Positions 23,269 to 36,370 of a DNA stretch of 64,000 nt are shown here, piece by piece. The DNA is from Mustelus asterias (taxonomy: Eukaryota). Position 1 is the stretch's first letter, and every line of letters begins with the position of its first letter. The notes below the pieces were generated by a model. It ran no database searches. It had not been told where the DNA came from and worked only from the letters and a program-made list of their open reading frames with translations. The stretch lies in the NCBI RefSeq assembly GCF_964213995.1, contig NC_135811.1, positions 48,918,001-48,982,000 on the forward strand, given 5' to 3'. The position numbers were made by a program, and so were the translations under genes.

Positions 23269-23893
23269 GTTGCGGATGTGCTTTGGCTTATTCTCCAGCC
23301 ATATCAATCGTGGGGAAGTACTTCTGTAAGAGGAAAGCTATGGCATATGGATTGGCCATGTCAGGAGGTGGAATTGGAACTTTTGTTTTAGCCCCAGTGG
23401 TTCAGCTGCTGATTGAACAGTACTCTTGGCGTGGGGCATTACTGATCCTCGGAGGCCTCGTAGCTAATATATGTGTCTGTGGTGCTTTGCTGCGGCCTCT
23501 CACTCTAATAGAGGAACTATCCAGTTCCGCCATCAGTAATATTGCTGGCAGAAAAATCTCGGAGGAGGGCAGCTATAAAACACAATGTGACGAGCCGCAA
23601 CTACCCAGCCCTTCTGCAGATTCAAGTTTCATCGGAAAGGAGAGTGCTAACAAGCAACCCTGTAGCTGTTGTCCATCTTATAAAGAATACGCCTTCCTGC
23701 TGACTCCGGACTTCCTGGTATTTGCTGTATCGCTGCTGTTCTTAGCCTATGGCTGCAGCACTCCTTTTGTGCACCTTGTACCGTACGCGGTAAGCGCTGG
23801 GGTCAGCCAGCAGCAAGCAGCCTTCTTAATGTCAATTCTAGGCATCGTAAACATTGTGGGCAACATTTCATTTGGCTGGCTATCGGACAGAAG
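23269..23893 (+). CDS. SLC16A12: SLC16A12 coding exon 4
   Basis: TGTTGCAG|GT; [63 protein letters not shown]...[26 protein letters not shown]; AG|GTAAGG. Confidence 0.96.
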
Positions 23894-24415
23894 GTAAGGA
23901 TAGACACGTTTTTGATGTTATTCTGCACTAGAATGATCAGACTCATGGGCTTGAGGATAAATTGCAGCATCAGTGACGCCAAAATCACTGTCAGTGGTAT
24001 GAAGACTTGAGGTCTCAGCCCCAGGACTCAATGGCACAGGGCAGAATTGTCTGCTCAACCTCTACTGAATTCTCTGTTCAACCTACACTGAGTTTGATGC
24101 GTAACTTCTCTGGGCTCGGATAGGGAATGCCTTCTGTCATCTCCCTACCACTTCCAGAATATACCACCGTGGACATAAACGACACCAGTCTCTGTCGGTG
24201 AGCACATTATAATGACGTGCAAGGGCAGAAATCAGTCACCCCTATCCCACCACTTCTGCCAATCCGAAGAATCCCTAGGAAGGATTGAACCCATTAACTG
24301 TAAACCACGAATGAACTAAAAACATTTTCAATAACTTAAATAATTCATCTTATTCCATTGGTCCATAGGGCTTCATTTTGCCTCCTTTTTTAACCATTCT
24401 CTCAATTTTTATTTT

Positions 24416-24761
24416 CATAGAATCATAGAATCATAGAAACCCTACAGTGCAGAAGGAGGCCATTCGGCCCATCGAGTCTGCACCGACCACAATCCCACCC
24501 AGGCCCTACCCCCACATATTTACCCGCTAATCCCTCTAACCTACACATCCCAGGACTCTAAGGGGCAATTTTTAACCTGGCCAATCAACCTAACCCGCAC
24601 ATCTTTGGACTGTGGGAGGAAACCGGAGCACCCGGAGGAAACCCACGCAGACACGAAGAGAATGTGCAAACTCCACACAGACAGTGACCTGAGCCGGGAA
24701 TTGAACCTGGGACCCTGGAGCTGTGAAGCAGCAGTGCTAACCACTGTGCTACCGTGCCGCC
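24416..24761 (-). mobile_element. HE1-like V-SINE (type A), well preserved
   Basis: (ATAGAATC)n tail plus full core and head. Confidence 0.92.
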
Positions 24762-25223
24762 CTGGCCTATCATTTTCTGGCCTATCATTTTGATACCATG
24801 TTTGCAAAAAAAAAAATGAACACCCTGAGTGTATGTCCTTCATTCTTTGCCATTTCCACTTGTTTATCATCAGGACATAAACATTAGGATCTTAAATGGC
24901 TTAAATATATCCCTAAGGCCCATTTGTCCAAACTAATCAGAAGTGGATGGTGTAAAGATTGAGATGGATTTAGTAATAGATGTTGGCCATGTCGATAGCA
25001 TCAGACTGAGAGAATACATGCACAGATCAGGAAGAATTGAGAGAGTGGAGAGAGCTTTTATTGTGTGCCGGGGAGTACTAAATGATGTCCTTGGATGCCT
25101 GGAAGACCCACTCCTCAGTGTAGATGTCCGTGAAACGTATACAAGCCAAAGAGTTTCAAAATGTTTTGTGAATCCCCCATTGAAATGTTTGGAGCAAGGT
25201 AATGATTCCGAGGGATAAACATA

Positions 25224-26036
25224 CATAGAACATAGAACAGTACAGCACAGAACAGGCCCTTCGGCCCACGATGTTGTGCCGAACCTTTTCCGAAACCAAG
25301 ATCAAGCTATCCCACTCCCTATCATTCTAGTGTGCTCCATGTGCCTATCCAATAACCGCTTGAAAGTTCCTAAAGTATCCGACTCCACTATCACAGCAGG
25401 CAGTCCATTCCACACCCCAACCACTCTCTGAGTAAAGAACCTACCTTGTACATCCCTCCTGTTTCTTCCACCACAAACCTTATAGTTATGCCCCCTAGTA
25501 ACAGCTACATCCACCCGAGGAAATAGTCTCTGAACGTCTACTCTTTCTATCCCCCTCATCATCTTATAAACCTCTATTAAGTCGCCTCTCAACCTCCTCC
25601 GCTCTAAAGAGAAAAGCCCTAGCTCCCTCAACCTTTCCTCATAAGACCTACCCTCCAAACCAGGCAGCATCCTGGTAAATCTCCTTTGCACTCTTTCCAG
25701 TGCTTCCACATCCTTCTTATAGTGAGATGACCAGAACTGCACACAATATTCCAAATGTGGTCTCACCAAGGTCCTGTACAGTTGCAGCATAACCCCACGG
25801 CTCTAAATCTCAAACCCCCTGTTAATAAACGCTAACACACTATAGGCCTTCTTCACAGCTCTATCCACTTGAGTGGCAACCCCTTCAGAGATCTGTGGAT
25901 ATGGACCCCAAGATCTCTCTGTTCCTCCACATTCCTCAGAACCCTACCTTTGACCTTGTAATCCGCATTCAATTTTGTCCTACCAAAATGAATCACCTCG
26001 CACTTATCAGGGTTAAACTCCATCTGCCATTTTTCG
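25224..26036 (-). mobile_element. CR1/HER1-type LINE 3' fragment
   Basis: ORF 25302-25790: LYRTLVRPHLEYCVQFWS...RLRGDLIEVYK...FFTQRVVGVWNGLP; (TTCTATG)n tail; same subfamily as 62515-63625. Confidence 0.95.
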
Positions 26037-26569
26037 GATGATGGATATCTTTTTGTTATTGTTGAAGTAGGCTGTAATAATTAACAGTGACGAAGTAAGG
26101 AATCTGCCATAGGCCACAAAGCATTGCAAAACTAAAATAAAATCACCAAGTGTTGGCAACACTCGGCAGATCAGCACCATGTCTGGAGATAGGAACAGAG
26201 TTCATGTTTCGTTACGTAGGAATTCTGGCAGAATCAGAAACAGACCATTCAGCCCAACAAGGCTATACTGGCATTTATACTCCACTCAAGCCGCCTCCCA
26301 TTTTTTGTCATCTAAATCGATCATCATTTCCCTACTCCTTCATAGGCTTGTCTAGCTTTCCCTTAAACTCATCGATACTATTCACTTCAACACTCTGTGC
26401 TAGTGAGTTCCACATTCCCGCCACTCTTTGGATGAAGATGTTTTTTCTGGATTTCCTAATGATACCTTTCTTCCATCAATATTATATTGATGGTCCCTAG
26501 TTATAGTCTTCCCTGCAAGAGGAAACGTTCTCTCCAGATGTCCTCTCGCAATACCTTTCATAATCGACC

Positions 26570-27337
26570 AAATCTAGACCCCCCTCTAGTTGCCTAGAAG
26601 AATACCGGGGAAGATCAAACAGAAAAAGGAATGACAGGCACAAAGAACTAAGCACTGCAGATAGCTCAGATTAATATAGGAAGTGCAGGGACGAAGTAAA
26701 AAAGGAAATAAGGAACTCAAAGAGAGGGCATGAAAAAAGATTGGCAAGTAAAGTTAAAGAAAAGCCAAAGATGTCCTACCAATATATTAATGGTACAAGG
26801 TTGGTTAAGGAAAAAGTAATTAAAGATGAAGAGAACTTGTGTGCAGAGGCTGTGAGAAGGGTTTTAAATGATATTTGTCTCCATGTTTATAAAGGAAAGA
26901 GATGATGCAGACTTAGTAGTCTAGGAGGAAGATTGTGAGATATTGGACGGGGTAATCATAAAGAGAGGGGAAATTCCCGAAGGCTGGGAACCCTTGAAAT
27001 TTGATAAATTGCCAGAGTTAGATAGATTGTTTCTGAGGTTGCTGAAGGAGGTCAGGGAGAAAATAGCAGATGCTCTGAGGATGATTTTCCAATCCTCACT
27101 AAATACAGGGGAGGAACCTGAGGACTGGAGAAATGCAAACGGAGTTCCATTGTTGGATAAAAGGAAATGCCGAACAATTATAGGCCAGTTAGTCTTACAT
27201 TGGTGGTGGGCAAATTAGTAGAATCGATCCTGAGAGATAGGATTAGCTGTCACGTAGAGAGGCATGGACCTGTCAGGGATGGTCAGCATGGATTTGTCAA
27301 AGGAAGGTCTTGCCTCACAAACTTGATTGAATTCTTC
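26570..27337 (+). mobile_element. Degenerate CR1 ORF2 fragment (N-terminal part of RT)
   Basis: PEDWRNANGVPL...NYRPVSLTLVVGKLVESILRDRI...QHGFVKGRSCLTNLIEFFE, frameshifted. Confidence 0.9.
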
Positions 27338-27640
27338 GAGCCTGCTCCGCCATTCATTTTGATCATAGCTGATCATCAAATTCAATGTCCTGATCCCTCT
27401 TTCCACCCATATCCCTTGTTCCCTTTAGCTCCAAGATCTATATCTAATTCCTTCTTGAAATCAGACAATGTTTTGGCCTCAACTACTTTCTGTGGTAGTG
27501 AATTCCACTCATTCACCACCCTCTGAGTGAAGAAATTTCTCCTCACCTCAGTTCTAAAAGGTTTACCCCTTTTCCTCAAACTATCACCCCCCAGTTCTGG
27601 ACTCCCCCACCATCAGGAACATTCTTTCTGAATCTACCCT
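27338..27640 (-). mobile_element. CR1 3' fragment of another subfamily
   Basis: RGKPFRTEVRRNFFTQRVVNEWNSLPQKVVEA; matches the 3' end of the element at 38724. Confidence 0.88.
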
Positions 27641-27789
27641 GTTTTGAGACGTTAAAGTCACAATACGAATGCATGTTGTTTGAACTAAAATATGTTTTAA
27701 AATTTTAAAAAGATGTTGCTACTAGACTGATGAAGTTATTATAGTTAAAAACCCTCGATACAATTCCTGACGCCACAATGCCTTTTTAT

Positions 27790-28740
27790 AAGATCGGTAA
27801 AAGGAGCAGGAGTAGGCCATTTGGACCACTGAGCCAGCTCCACCATTCAATAGAGCAGGGCTGAACTGATTGTGAATTCCACTTTCTTGCATAACTCCAT
27901 AACTCTTGACAAATCAAAAATCTGTATAACTTAGCCTTGAATCTATTCAATGACTGGGCCTCCACTGCTCTCTGGGGAAGAGAATTCCAAAATTTAACAA
28001 CCCTTTGAGAGAAAAAAAAAAGCCTCATCATCTCCTCAACATCTCCATCACGGGGTGGCACAGTGGTTAACACAGCTACCTCACAGCGCCAGAGACCCAG
28101 GTTCAATTCCTGGTTTGCGTAACTGTGCAGAGTCTGCACGCCCTCCTCATGTCTACATAGATTTCCTCCGGGTGCTCTGGTTTCCTCCCATCGTCTGAAA
28201 GACGTGTTGGTTAGGTGCATTGGGCCATGCTAAATTCTCCCTCAGTGTGCCCCAACAGGCGCCAGAGTGTGACGACTAGGGGATTTTAACAGTAACTTCA
28301 CCGTAGTGTTAAGTCTACTTGTGACACTAATACTTAAACTTAAAAAAATTTTTTAAATGGGAGATCACTTATTTTTAAACTGTGCCACCTAGTTCTCGAC
28401 TGCCCCAGGAGGGTAAAGATTCTGCCAGCTTCTACCCTGTGTCATGCCCTCTCACAATCTGATACGTTTCAATAAGATCACCCCTCAGTCTTCTAAACTC
28501 CAATCACATACTTTCAACTGTTCCTCACAAGACAGCCCCTTCACCTCAGGAATCATCCCAGCCTACTGAACCTTCTCTGGACTGCTTCCAATGCAAGTAT
28601 ATTCCTCTCTAAGTAAGGAGACTAAAACTGTACACAGTACTCCAGGTGCACTCTCGCCAAGGCCTGTACAGTTGCAGTTATCCTTTCCTAATGAATATTC
28701 CATTCCTCCCCTCACAATAAATGTCAACATTCCATTTTCT
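27790..28740 (-). mobile_element. Old CR1 3' fragment interrupted by a + strand type B V-SINE (~28051-28345)
   Basis: FFSQRVVKFWNSLPQRAVEA remnant; CR1 similarity resumes after the SINE tail. Confidence 0.8.
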
Positions 28741-29386
28741 GACTCACCCAGTTACGAGTCATTTTTAATGATTTCAGAGCAGTGGCCAGAATTTAACCGG
28801 CCCGCCCGCCAGGAGCAGGCGAGGAGCGGACAATGGGAAGGCCCGTTGATCTCAGGCAGGATTTAACGGTTTCCGGACGAGTGTGAGGCCGTAAAGTCCT
28901 GCCCACCGTCTTTCTTTTATTCTAGTGCGTGTGTGCATGTTTATTTTAAACCTTTTTTAGTTTAAAATTTTTACGACTCTCTAGTTCTGTACTTTTCATA
29001 GAATAATTTGATATTTTAAGGGGCACAGAATTAAAATACTTCCACTTAAAATAAAATCATTGCACCTTGCTGCAGATGTCTTCGTCCATGGATTAATACC
29101 TTCTTCTTCAGTTCTCTGCCTGAAGGCAGATCCAACCCAGAGCAGCGCAACCTCCACCCCGGGTAGGGCAAGGAAGTAGATCTGAATTCACCGCAGGGAT
29201 CGAACATCGAATGAGCCATCGAGCCCCCCGCCAAGGCGTTACAATCTCTGTGGCACTATGTAGTCTTACATACAGTCATGAGTAGTGATGGGAGAGGGGC
29301 TTCAACTTTCTTTCCATCACACGGTCGATCAGGAATCTCTCCTACTGTTACTGCCTGTCATTGGCATAGTCAGAAGGATTTACAGG

Positions 29387-30276
29387 GGCAGCACGGTGGC
29401 ACAGTGGTTAGCAAAGAACAAAGAAAATTACAGCACAGGAACAGGCCCTTTGATCCTCCAAGCCTGCACTGACCATGCTGCCCGTGTGAACTAAAATCCC
29501 CTACCCTTCCGGGGACCATATGCCTCTATTCCCATCCTATTCATGTATTCAGACGCCCCTTAAAAGTCACTATCGTATCTGCTTCCACTACCTCTCCCTG
29601 GCAGCGTGGTCCAGGCACCCAACACCCTCTGTGTAAAAAGCTTGTCTCGTACATCTCCTTTAACCCTTGCCCCTCGCACCTTAAAGCTATGCCCCCTAGT
29701 AATTGACTCTTCCACCCTGGGAAAAAGCTTCAGACTATCCACTCTGTCCATGCCCCTCATATTCTTGTAGACTTCTATCAGGTCGCCCCTCAACCTCCAT
29801 AATTCCAGTGAGAACAAACTAAGTTTCTCCAAGCACTGCTGCCTCACAGCACCAGGGACCTGGGCTTGAATCACTGTGTGGAGTTCTCCCTGTTCTGCGT
29901 GGGTTTCCTCCGGGTGCTCTGGTTTCCTTCCACAGTCATGATGTGGAGATGCAGGCGTTGGACTGGGGTAAACACAGTAAGAAGTTTAACAACACCAGGT
30001 TAAATTCCAACAGGTTTATTTGGTAGCAAAAGCCACTTTTGCTACCAAATAAACCTGTTGGACTTTAACTTGGTGTTGTTAAACTTCTTACTGTGTTCCT
30101 TCGACAGTCCAAAGATGGATTAGGTGGATTGGCCATGCTAAATTGCCCCTTAACATCCCAGAATGCGTAGGCTGGGGGTATTAGCCATGGTAAGTGTGTG
30201 GGATTGTGTAGATAGAGCGGGAGTCCGTGCAGACCCGATGGCTGAATGGCCTCTTTCTGCACTGTGGGGATTCTAT
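29387..30276 (+). mobile_element. Type A V-SINE interrupted by a CR1 3' fragment (29413-29832, - strand) and a hairpin mini-PLE (29938-30095)
   Basis: SINE head ...GGTTAGCA|CR1|AGCACTGCTGCCTC; PLE flanked by TTCCTTC(C/G)ACAGTC duplication. Confidence 0.88.
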
Positions 30277-30589
30277 GTTGATACTCAATCTGTTTGGCCA
30301 CATTATGCATGCACATTTCAAAGGCATTGCGTCCTGGAATGGGACTTGAACTTCAAGCTTCTGGCTCAGAGGCAGAGACTCTACCATCATGCCATGAGAT
30401 CTCCTACAGATTAATGATATCATCCCCAAATTATTGACCCAGCTAAACAAAACACTTATAAATACTTTACACATTGTCCAAAAGGCTACAAAGTTAATTA
30501 TTTTTGATTCACAGTTACTAATGCGGGCTAGCACAGCAACATTAAGATCTCATAAAATGGCACTGACTAGTTGGCCTTCTTTTGGAGTT

Positions 30590-30790
30590 GCTGGATAAGG
30601 GGTGAGGAGGACACAGGAACTTTGCCTTTCAACAGAGTGCCATGGAATCTTTCACTTTCACTTTCATGGCAGTTGCAACCTCAATAACACCTCACCTGAG
30701 AGATAGTAGTTTGGGCAATGCAACAGTCCCTCAGTGCTGCACTGCGATGTCAGTCTATGTATGATGTGCTCAAGTCTCCCAACTCTACTG
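30590..30790 (-). mobile_element. Ancient Deu-domain-type SINE remnant
   Basis: GCAACAGTCCCTCAGTGCTGCACTG..TGTCAGTCTA..TGATGTGCTCAAGTCTC resembles the AmnSINE1/SacSINE Deu core; related head piece at ~30335-30400. Confidence 0.55.
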
Positions 30791-31115
30791 CCTCCTTCTA
30801 AAGAGCCATAGACATGACTGGTCCAGTACACCCATCGTTTCAGCTTGACCTTGCTCATGGAACTTATTTCTTCCTATCTTGAGTCTGTATTTTCTTCCCT
30901 TCTGCATTCTTATCCCGCCTCCATCTGTGACTCGTCAACTAACCTTTGGCACTTTAACGCTATCCAATTTCTGAATCCAACCATCTCCATTTTATCATCT
31001 CCTGGGAGAGAAAGAGTTAACATTTTGAGTCCTTTGACTCTTTGTCAGAACAGGAATCAAAGGACTCGAAATGTTATCCCCTTCTGTTTGTCTCCAAGTA
31101 GCTGCTGGTAGACAA

Positions 31116-31647
31116 GGACAAAGAACAAAGAACAGTACAGCACAGGAACAGGCCCTTCAGCCCTCCAAGCGTGCGCCAATCATGATGCCTATCTAAGCTA
31201 AAACCATATGCACTTACAGAGTCCGTATCCTTCCATTCCCATCCTATTCATGTATTTATCTAGGTGCCCCATAAATGCTGCTATCGTACCTGCTCCCACT
31301 ATCTCCCCAGGCAGCGCATTCCAGATATTCACCACCCTTTGTGTAAAAAACGTGGCTCGTACATCTCTAAACTGTTCCCCACGCATCTTAAAACTATGTC
31401 CCCTAGAACTTGACTTTTCTACCCGAGGAAAGAGCATCTGACTATCCACCCTGTCCATGCCATTCATAATCTTGTAAACCTCTAGCAGGTCATCCTTCAA
31501 TGTCCGTCGTTCCAGTGGGAACAAACCGAGTTTATCCAACCTCTCCTCCTAGCTTTTACCCTGCAGACCAGGTAACATACTGGTAAACCTCTTCTGCACC
31601 CACTCCAAAGCATCCACATCCTTCTGGTAGTGTGGCGTCCAGAATTG
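31116..31647 (-). mobile_element. CR1/HER1-type LINE 3' fragment
   Basis: ORF 31198-31539: LGLFPLERR...FFTQRVVNIWNALP; (AAAGAAC)n tail. Confidence 0.92.
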
Positions 31648-32599
31648 TACCTGCTGAGTTTTTCTGGCATCCTCTGTTCTTGTTTCTGATTCCAGCATCT
31701 GCAGGATTTTGTTTATTTTTCTGTTTCATCAAGGGCAACTAGGGAGGGGCTATAAATGCTGGCTGGCCAGCGATGCCCATGTCCCACAAATAAATATTTT
31801 AAAAAGACGATGTCTGATCTCTTTACATCTCTGTCAACCTTTATGACCTTCTGGGTTCAGGACATTCTAACCTCTGCCTCATTTTTCTTTTGAAAACCAA
31901 GTGCTGGTAATGTTTCTACTTTGGTCATTTTCAGCTCATATTCTGTTGTACCATCATGCCTTTTGCGGTTTCATCTCTTCCTGCCTACAGCCCTTCAGAG
32001 GCCTCACCCTGCCTCTTTCCTGTTTTGACCTGAAACGTTAACTTTGTCTCTGTCCCCACAGCTGTGGCCCAACTCGCTGAGCACTTCCCAGCATGCTCTG
32101 TTTTTATTTCCAAGTAACTGATAAGCTTTAAGTGGAGAAAAACATGGGGGGAATTTTCCTGTCCCGTCCCACCTGCCACAGGAATTGTGGGGGGGGGGGG
32201 GGATTTGGGGGGCGGAACCATGCAAAGTTCAATTGACCTCAGGCAGGATTTTCCGGTTTTGGGGTGTGCGTGGCTGGAAAATCCCACCCCATGAGTGTAA
32301 TTGAATTGGATTATTATTGTACCATGGGTTCAAAGTCTCCACTTGAATGGTGTTTTATTTCATTTGAAGGGAAATGTTTAGTTGTTTGGAGGTTTGTATC
32401 AGTCAAATGTATTGTATCTCGGTTCTAAATGATCTAAATCAGTTCTAAACAGGGAGGAATGGCCATCAATAGTGCTGCAATTGTCCATTTTGAGTGTACT
32501 GAAATATGCCCAAGCATTAGGAACTTGCTTGTTGGCCACGTTATTCAGACTGAATATTAATATTTTTATTCTAGCAATGCTCTCTCTTTAAATCTGCAG

Positions 32600-32859
32600 G
32601 TTTTTGAAGAAGTACCGCAAATACTGTTACATTTTGACAATTGGGCTGGATGGTCTCTGCTCTCTGTTCATTCCCATTCTGAGATCTTTCCCACTCCTTG
32701 TTCCCTATGCAGTTCTTTATGGATACTTTGATGGGGCTTATGTTGCTCTTATCCCAGTTGTAACCTCAGATATAGCAGGAAACGCTTTCCTCCCCTCTGC
32801 TCTGGGAATAGTTTACTTTATTCACGGGATACCTTACCTGATCGGACCACCAATAGCAG
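32600..32859 (+). CDS. SLC16A12: SLC16A12 coding exon 5
   Basis: TCTGCAG|G; [20 protein letters not shown]...[16 protein letters not shown]...[21 protein letters not shown]; G|GTCAGT. Confidence 0.95.
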
Positions 32860-34561
32860 GTCAGTAATACATTACATTATCTATCCTTCTCTGTCTTTTG
32901 AGTCTCAAAGTCCTTGCCAATTAATTACCAAACCATGGCAAAGTGTTGTGTTTTTTTTGACTACAGGTAGGGCGAGGAGGCAGACCCCAAGTCTACCTCA
33001 GCCGGGATGGGAATTGAACCCGGTGCTGTTGCCGTTAATCATATCCAGCCGCTGCCCCCCCTCCCCCATAATCTCTTAAGGATCTTTTTATTGAAAGTGT
33101 ATTTTGAATTTTTCACTGGTTTGATTTATTCATTATTCTGTTTCAGCTAGTACCAGTTAAACTGCACTCTTGTGATGGGCAGCAGTCCAATATAAAGATT
33201 CCACAGCTCTCATTTGAAGGTGCAATCACCCAGTTTAAGGCACGGTTTTTGCACTGAATTCTTACCCCTTAGCAGGATGGCAGTAAACGCACTGTGGAGC
33301 TATTAGGCCAATCATATATGGGCAATGAGTGACATAGACAAAGGAAGCTAAATGGACTCTTCCTGTGCTGCCAAACCTCCATTTTTTAAAAGTCATATAA
33401 AATATCTGGAATTAAGAGTCTACAAAAGGTCGTAAACGAAGCCCAATCCATCACACAAACCAGCCTCCCATCCATTGACTCTGTCTACACTTCCCGCTGC
33501 CTCGGCAAAGCAGCCAGCATAATTAAGGACCCCACGCACCCTGGACACTCTCTGTTCCACCTTCTTCCATCGGGAAAAAGATACAAAAGTCTGAGGTCAC
33601 GTACCAACCAACTCAGGAACAGCTTCTTCCCTACTGCCATCAGATATTTGAATGGACCTACCTCACATTAAGTTGATCTTTCTCTACACCCTAGCTATGA
33701 CTGTAACACTATATTCTGCACTCTCTCGTTTCCTTCTCTATGAACGGCATGCTAATACATGTAACAATAATAATTCGAATCAAATCAATTGTCGGAAAAA
33801 CCCATCTGGTTCATTAATGTCCTTTAGAGAAGGAAATCTGCCATCCTTACCTGGCCTGACCTACACGTGACTCCGCAGCCATATCAATGTGGTTGACTCT
33901 CAACTGCCCTTGAGCAACTAGGGATGGGCAATAGATGCTGGCCAGCCAGAAATGCCCATGTTCCATGAATTAATAAAAAAAATGATAATTTTACGATTAA
34001 CATATTTGCTATTCTCTGCCCAAAACTTTGATGCGTGTGCCAATCATTCCCCATGCTTCCAACATGGAGCCCATGTCCCAGAGGAACCTTTACCCAACAA
34101 GCTTCAGCCAAACTATTCATCACGACCACAAGTAGTGTATGATTGGGTGCAGAACTCTCTTTTGCAACAGTGACTGTTCCAAAAAGAGAGAGGGAGAGTG
34201 AGTACACTTTCAGTGCATTTTAACCACAGTCTCTCAAAAGCAATAACTGGCTGGGAATTTGACAGCTGACTCACTCGTGAGCTTGATGGTTTTAATAGTA
34301 GGAGGATTGTGTTATACTTCGGTAGGTTATTGCTGCCAGAACTGCTATCCAAACTGACTTGCATGTCTGACTTAGTTCCCACCTAAGCTTGCACCAGTTA
34401 TATGGTCAGCATTACTGTTGGTGCCTGCACATGTTACATATGTCACGCCAACAGGGTGTGACAGTGGCTGTGGGAGTGGTAAATGCTTTTTGAAATGATT
34501 GTAATAGGGCGCCTGTAGCTAAGCACTGATTTTAATTCAGGAATCCTCTTTTCCCCTGCAG

Positions 34562-34758
34562 GTTGGTTGGTTGATACGACAGCAAGTTATACGGCAGCGT
34601 TCCTCGTCAGTGGGTTGTCCATGATAGTCAGTTCCATGTTGGTCATTTCTGCCGACTTGATAAGGAAATGCAGAAATTCAGTTGACCTTCAAACAGCCGT
34701 CATAGAGACAGAACCTGGCACTACAACGTTTCATACTGCAACACTTGATCCAATATAA
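34562..34758 (+). CDS. SLC16A12: SLC16A12 coding exon 6 (terminal); spliced CDS 1440 nt = 479 aa plus stop
   Basis: CCCCTGCAG|GT; GWLVDTTASYTAAFLVSGLSMIVSSML...LDPI*. Exon lengths 110+104+144+625+260+197 = 1440. Confidence 0.93.
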
Positions 34759-35074
34759 AAAGAACAGTTCACAAAGCACTGTTATGATAAGAAAATACAA
34801 GCACAAAATCTCTGGCATTTAGAAAAGCCCTCAAAACATGGAAACATTATAAAATAGGCAATCTTTATACTTGAGCAGCTATTGGTAAATATTTTGTCAA
34901 TTCTTTCAAGGCCAAAGTATTTTGATAAATGTATATATAATTGTTTTTAAAAAATCTTTTCAGTTCCCATTGACTTGCTGACTGCACCACCAACTACGCC
35001 TTTGATAACACCTATTTTTCAATTAAAAAGGGCCTATGTGTGGACATGTGACTCCTGTAAATGTATCTGATTTA

Positions 35075-36370
35075 TTGATAGGTGATAGTCAGCATGGTTT
35101 TGTGGCAGGTAGGTCGTGCCTTACTAACCTTATTGAGTTTTTTGAGAAAGTGACCAAGGAGGTGGATGGGGGCAAGGCAGTGGACGTGGTATATATGGAT
35201 TTTAGTAAGGCGTTTGATAAGGTTCACCATGGTAGGCTTCTGCAGAAAATGCAGATGTATGGGATTGGGGGTGATCTAGGAAATTGGATCAGGAATTGGC
35301 TAGCGGATAGGAAACAGAGGGTGGTGGTTGATAGTAAATATTCATCATGGAGTGCGGTTACAAGTGGTGTACCTCAGGGATCTGTTTTGGGGCCACTGCT
35401 GTTTGTAATATTTATTAATGATCTGGATGAGGGTATAGTTGGGTGGATTAGCAAATTTGCTGATGACACCAAAGTCGGTGGTGTGGTAGACAGTGAGGAA
35501 GGGTGTCGTAGTTTGCAGGAAGACTTAGACAGGTTGCAAAGTTGGGCCGAGAGGTGGCGGATGGAGTTTAATGCGGAGAAGTGTGAGGTAATTCACTTTG
35601 GTAGGAATAACAGATGTGTTGAGTATAGGGCTAACGGGAGGACTTTGAATAGTGTGGAGGAGCAGAGGGATCTAGGTGTATGTGTGCATAGATCCCTGAA
35701 AGTTGGGAATCAAGTAGATAAGGTTGTTAAGAAGGCATATGGTGTCTTGGCGTTTATTGGTAGGGGGATTGAATTTAGGAGTCGTAGCGTTATGTTGCAA
35801 CTGTACACAACTCTGGTGCGGCCGCACTTGGAGTACTGTGTGCAGTTCTGGTCCCCACATTACAGGAAGGATGTGGAGGCTTTGGAGAGGGTGCAGAGGA
35901 GGTTTACCAGGATGTTGCCTGGTATGGAGGGGAGATCCTATGAGGAGAGGCTGAGGGATTTGGGATTGTTTTCGCTGGAAAGGCGGCGGCTAAGAGGGGA
36001 TCTTATTGAAACATATAAGATGATTAGAGGTTTAGATAGGGTGGATAGTGATAGCCTTTTTCCTCTGATGGAGAAATCCAGCACGAGGGGGCATGGCTTT
36101 AAATTGAGGGGGGGTAGTTATAGAACCGATGTCAGGGGTAGGTTCTTTACCCAGAGGGTGGTGAGGGATTGGAATGCCCTGCCAGCATCAGTAGTAAATG
36201 CGCCTAGTTTGGGGGCGTTTAAGAGATCCGTAGATAGGTTCATGGACGAAAAGAAATTGGTTTAGGTTGGAGGGTCACAGTTTTTTTTTTTTTTAACTGG
36301 TCGGTGCAACATCGTGGGCCGAAGGGCCTGTTCTGCGCTGTAATGTTCTATGTTCTATGTTCTATGTTCT
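35075..36370 (+). mobile_element. Young CR1/HER1-type LINE, 5'-truncated, RT domain with open frame
   Basis: ORF 35036-36265: QHGF..RSCLTNL..DFSKAFDKV..SGVPQGSVLGPLLF..FADDTK..YCVQFWSP; (TTCTATG)n tail. Confidence 0.97.

Noticed and set aside
35036-36265. 409-aa RT ORF as an autonomous or domesticated gene
   Set aside because: It is 5'-truncated with no endonuclease or ORF1, and the ATG comes from flanking DNA
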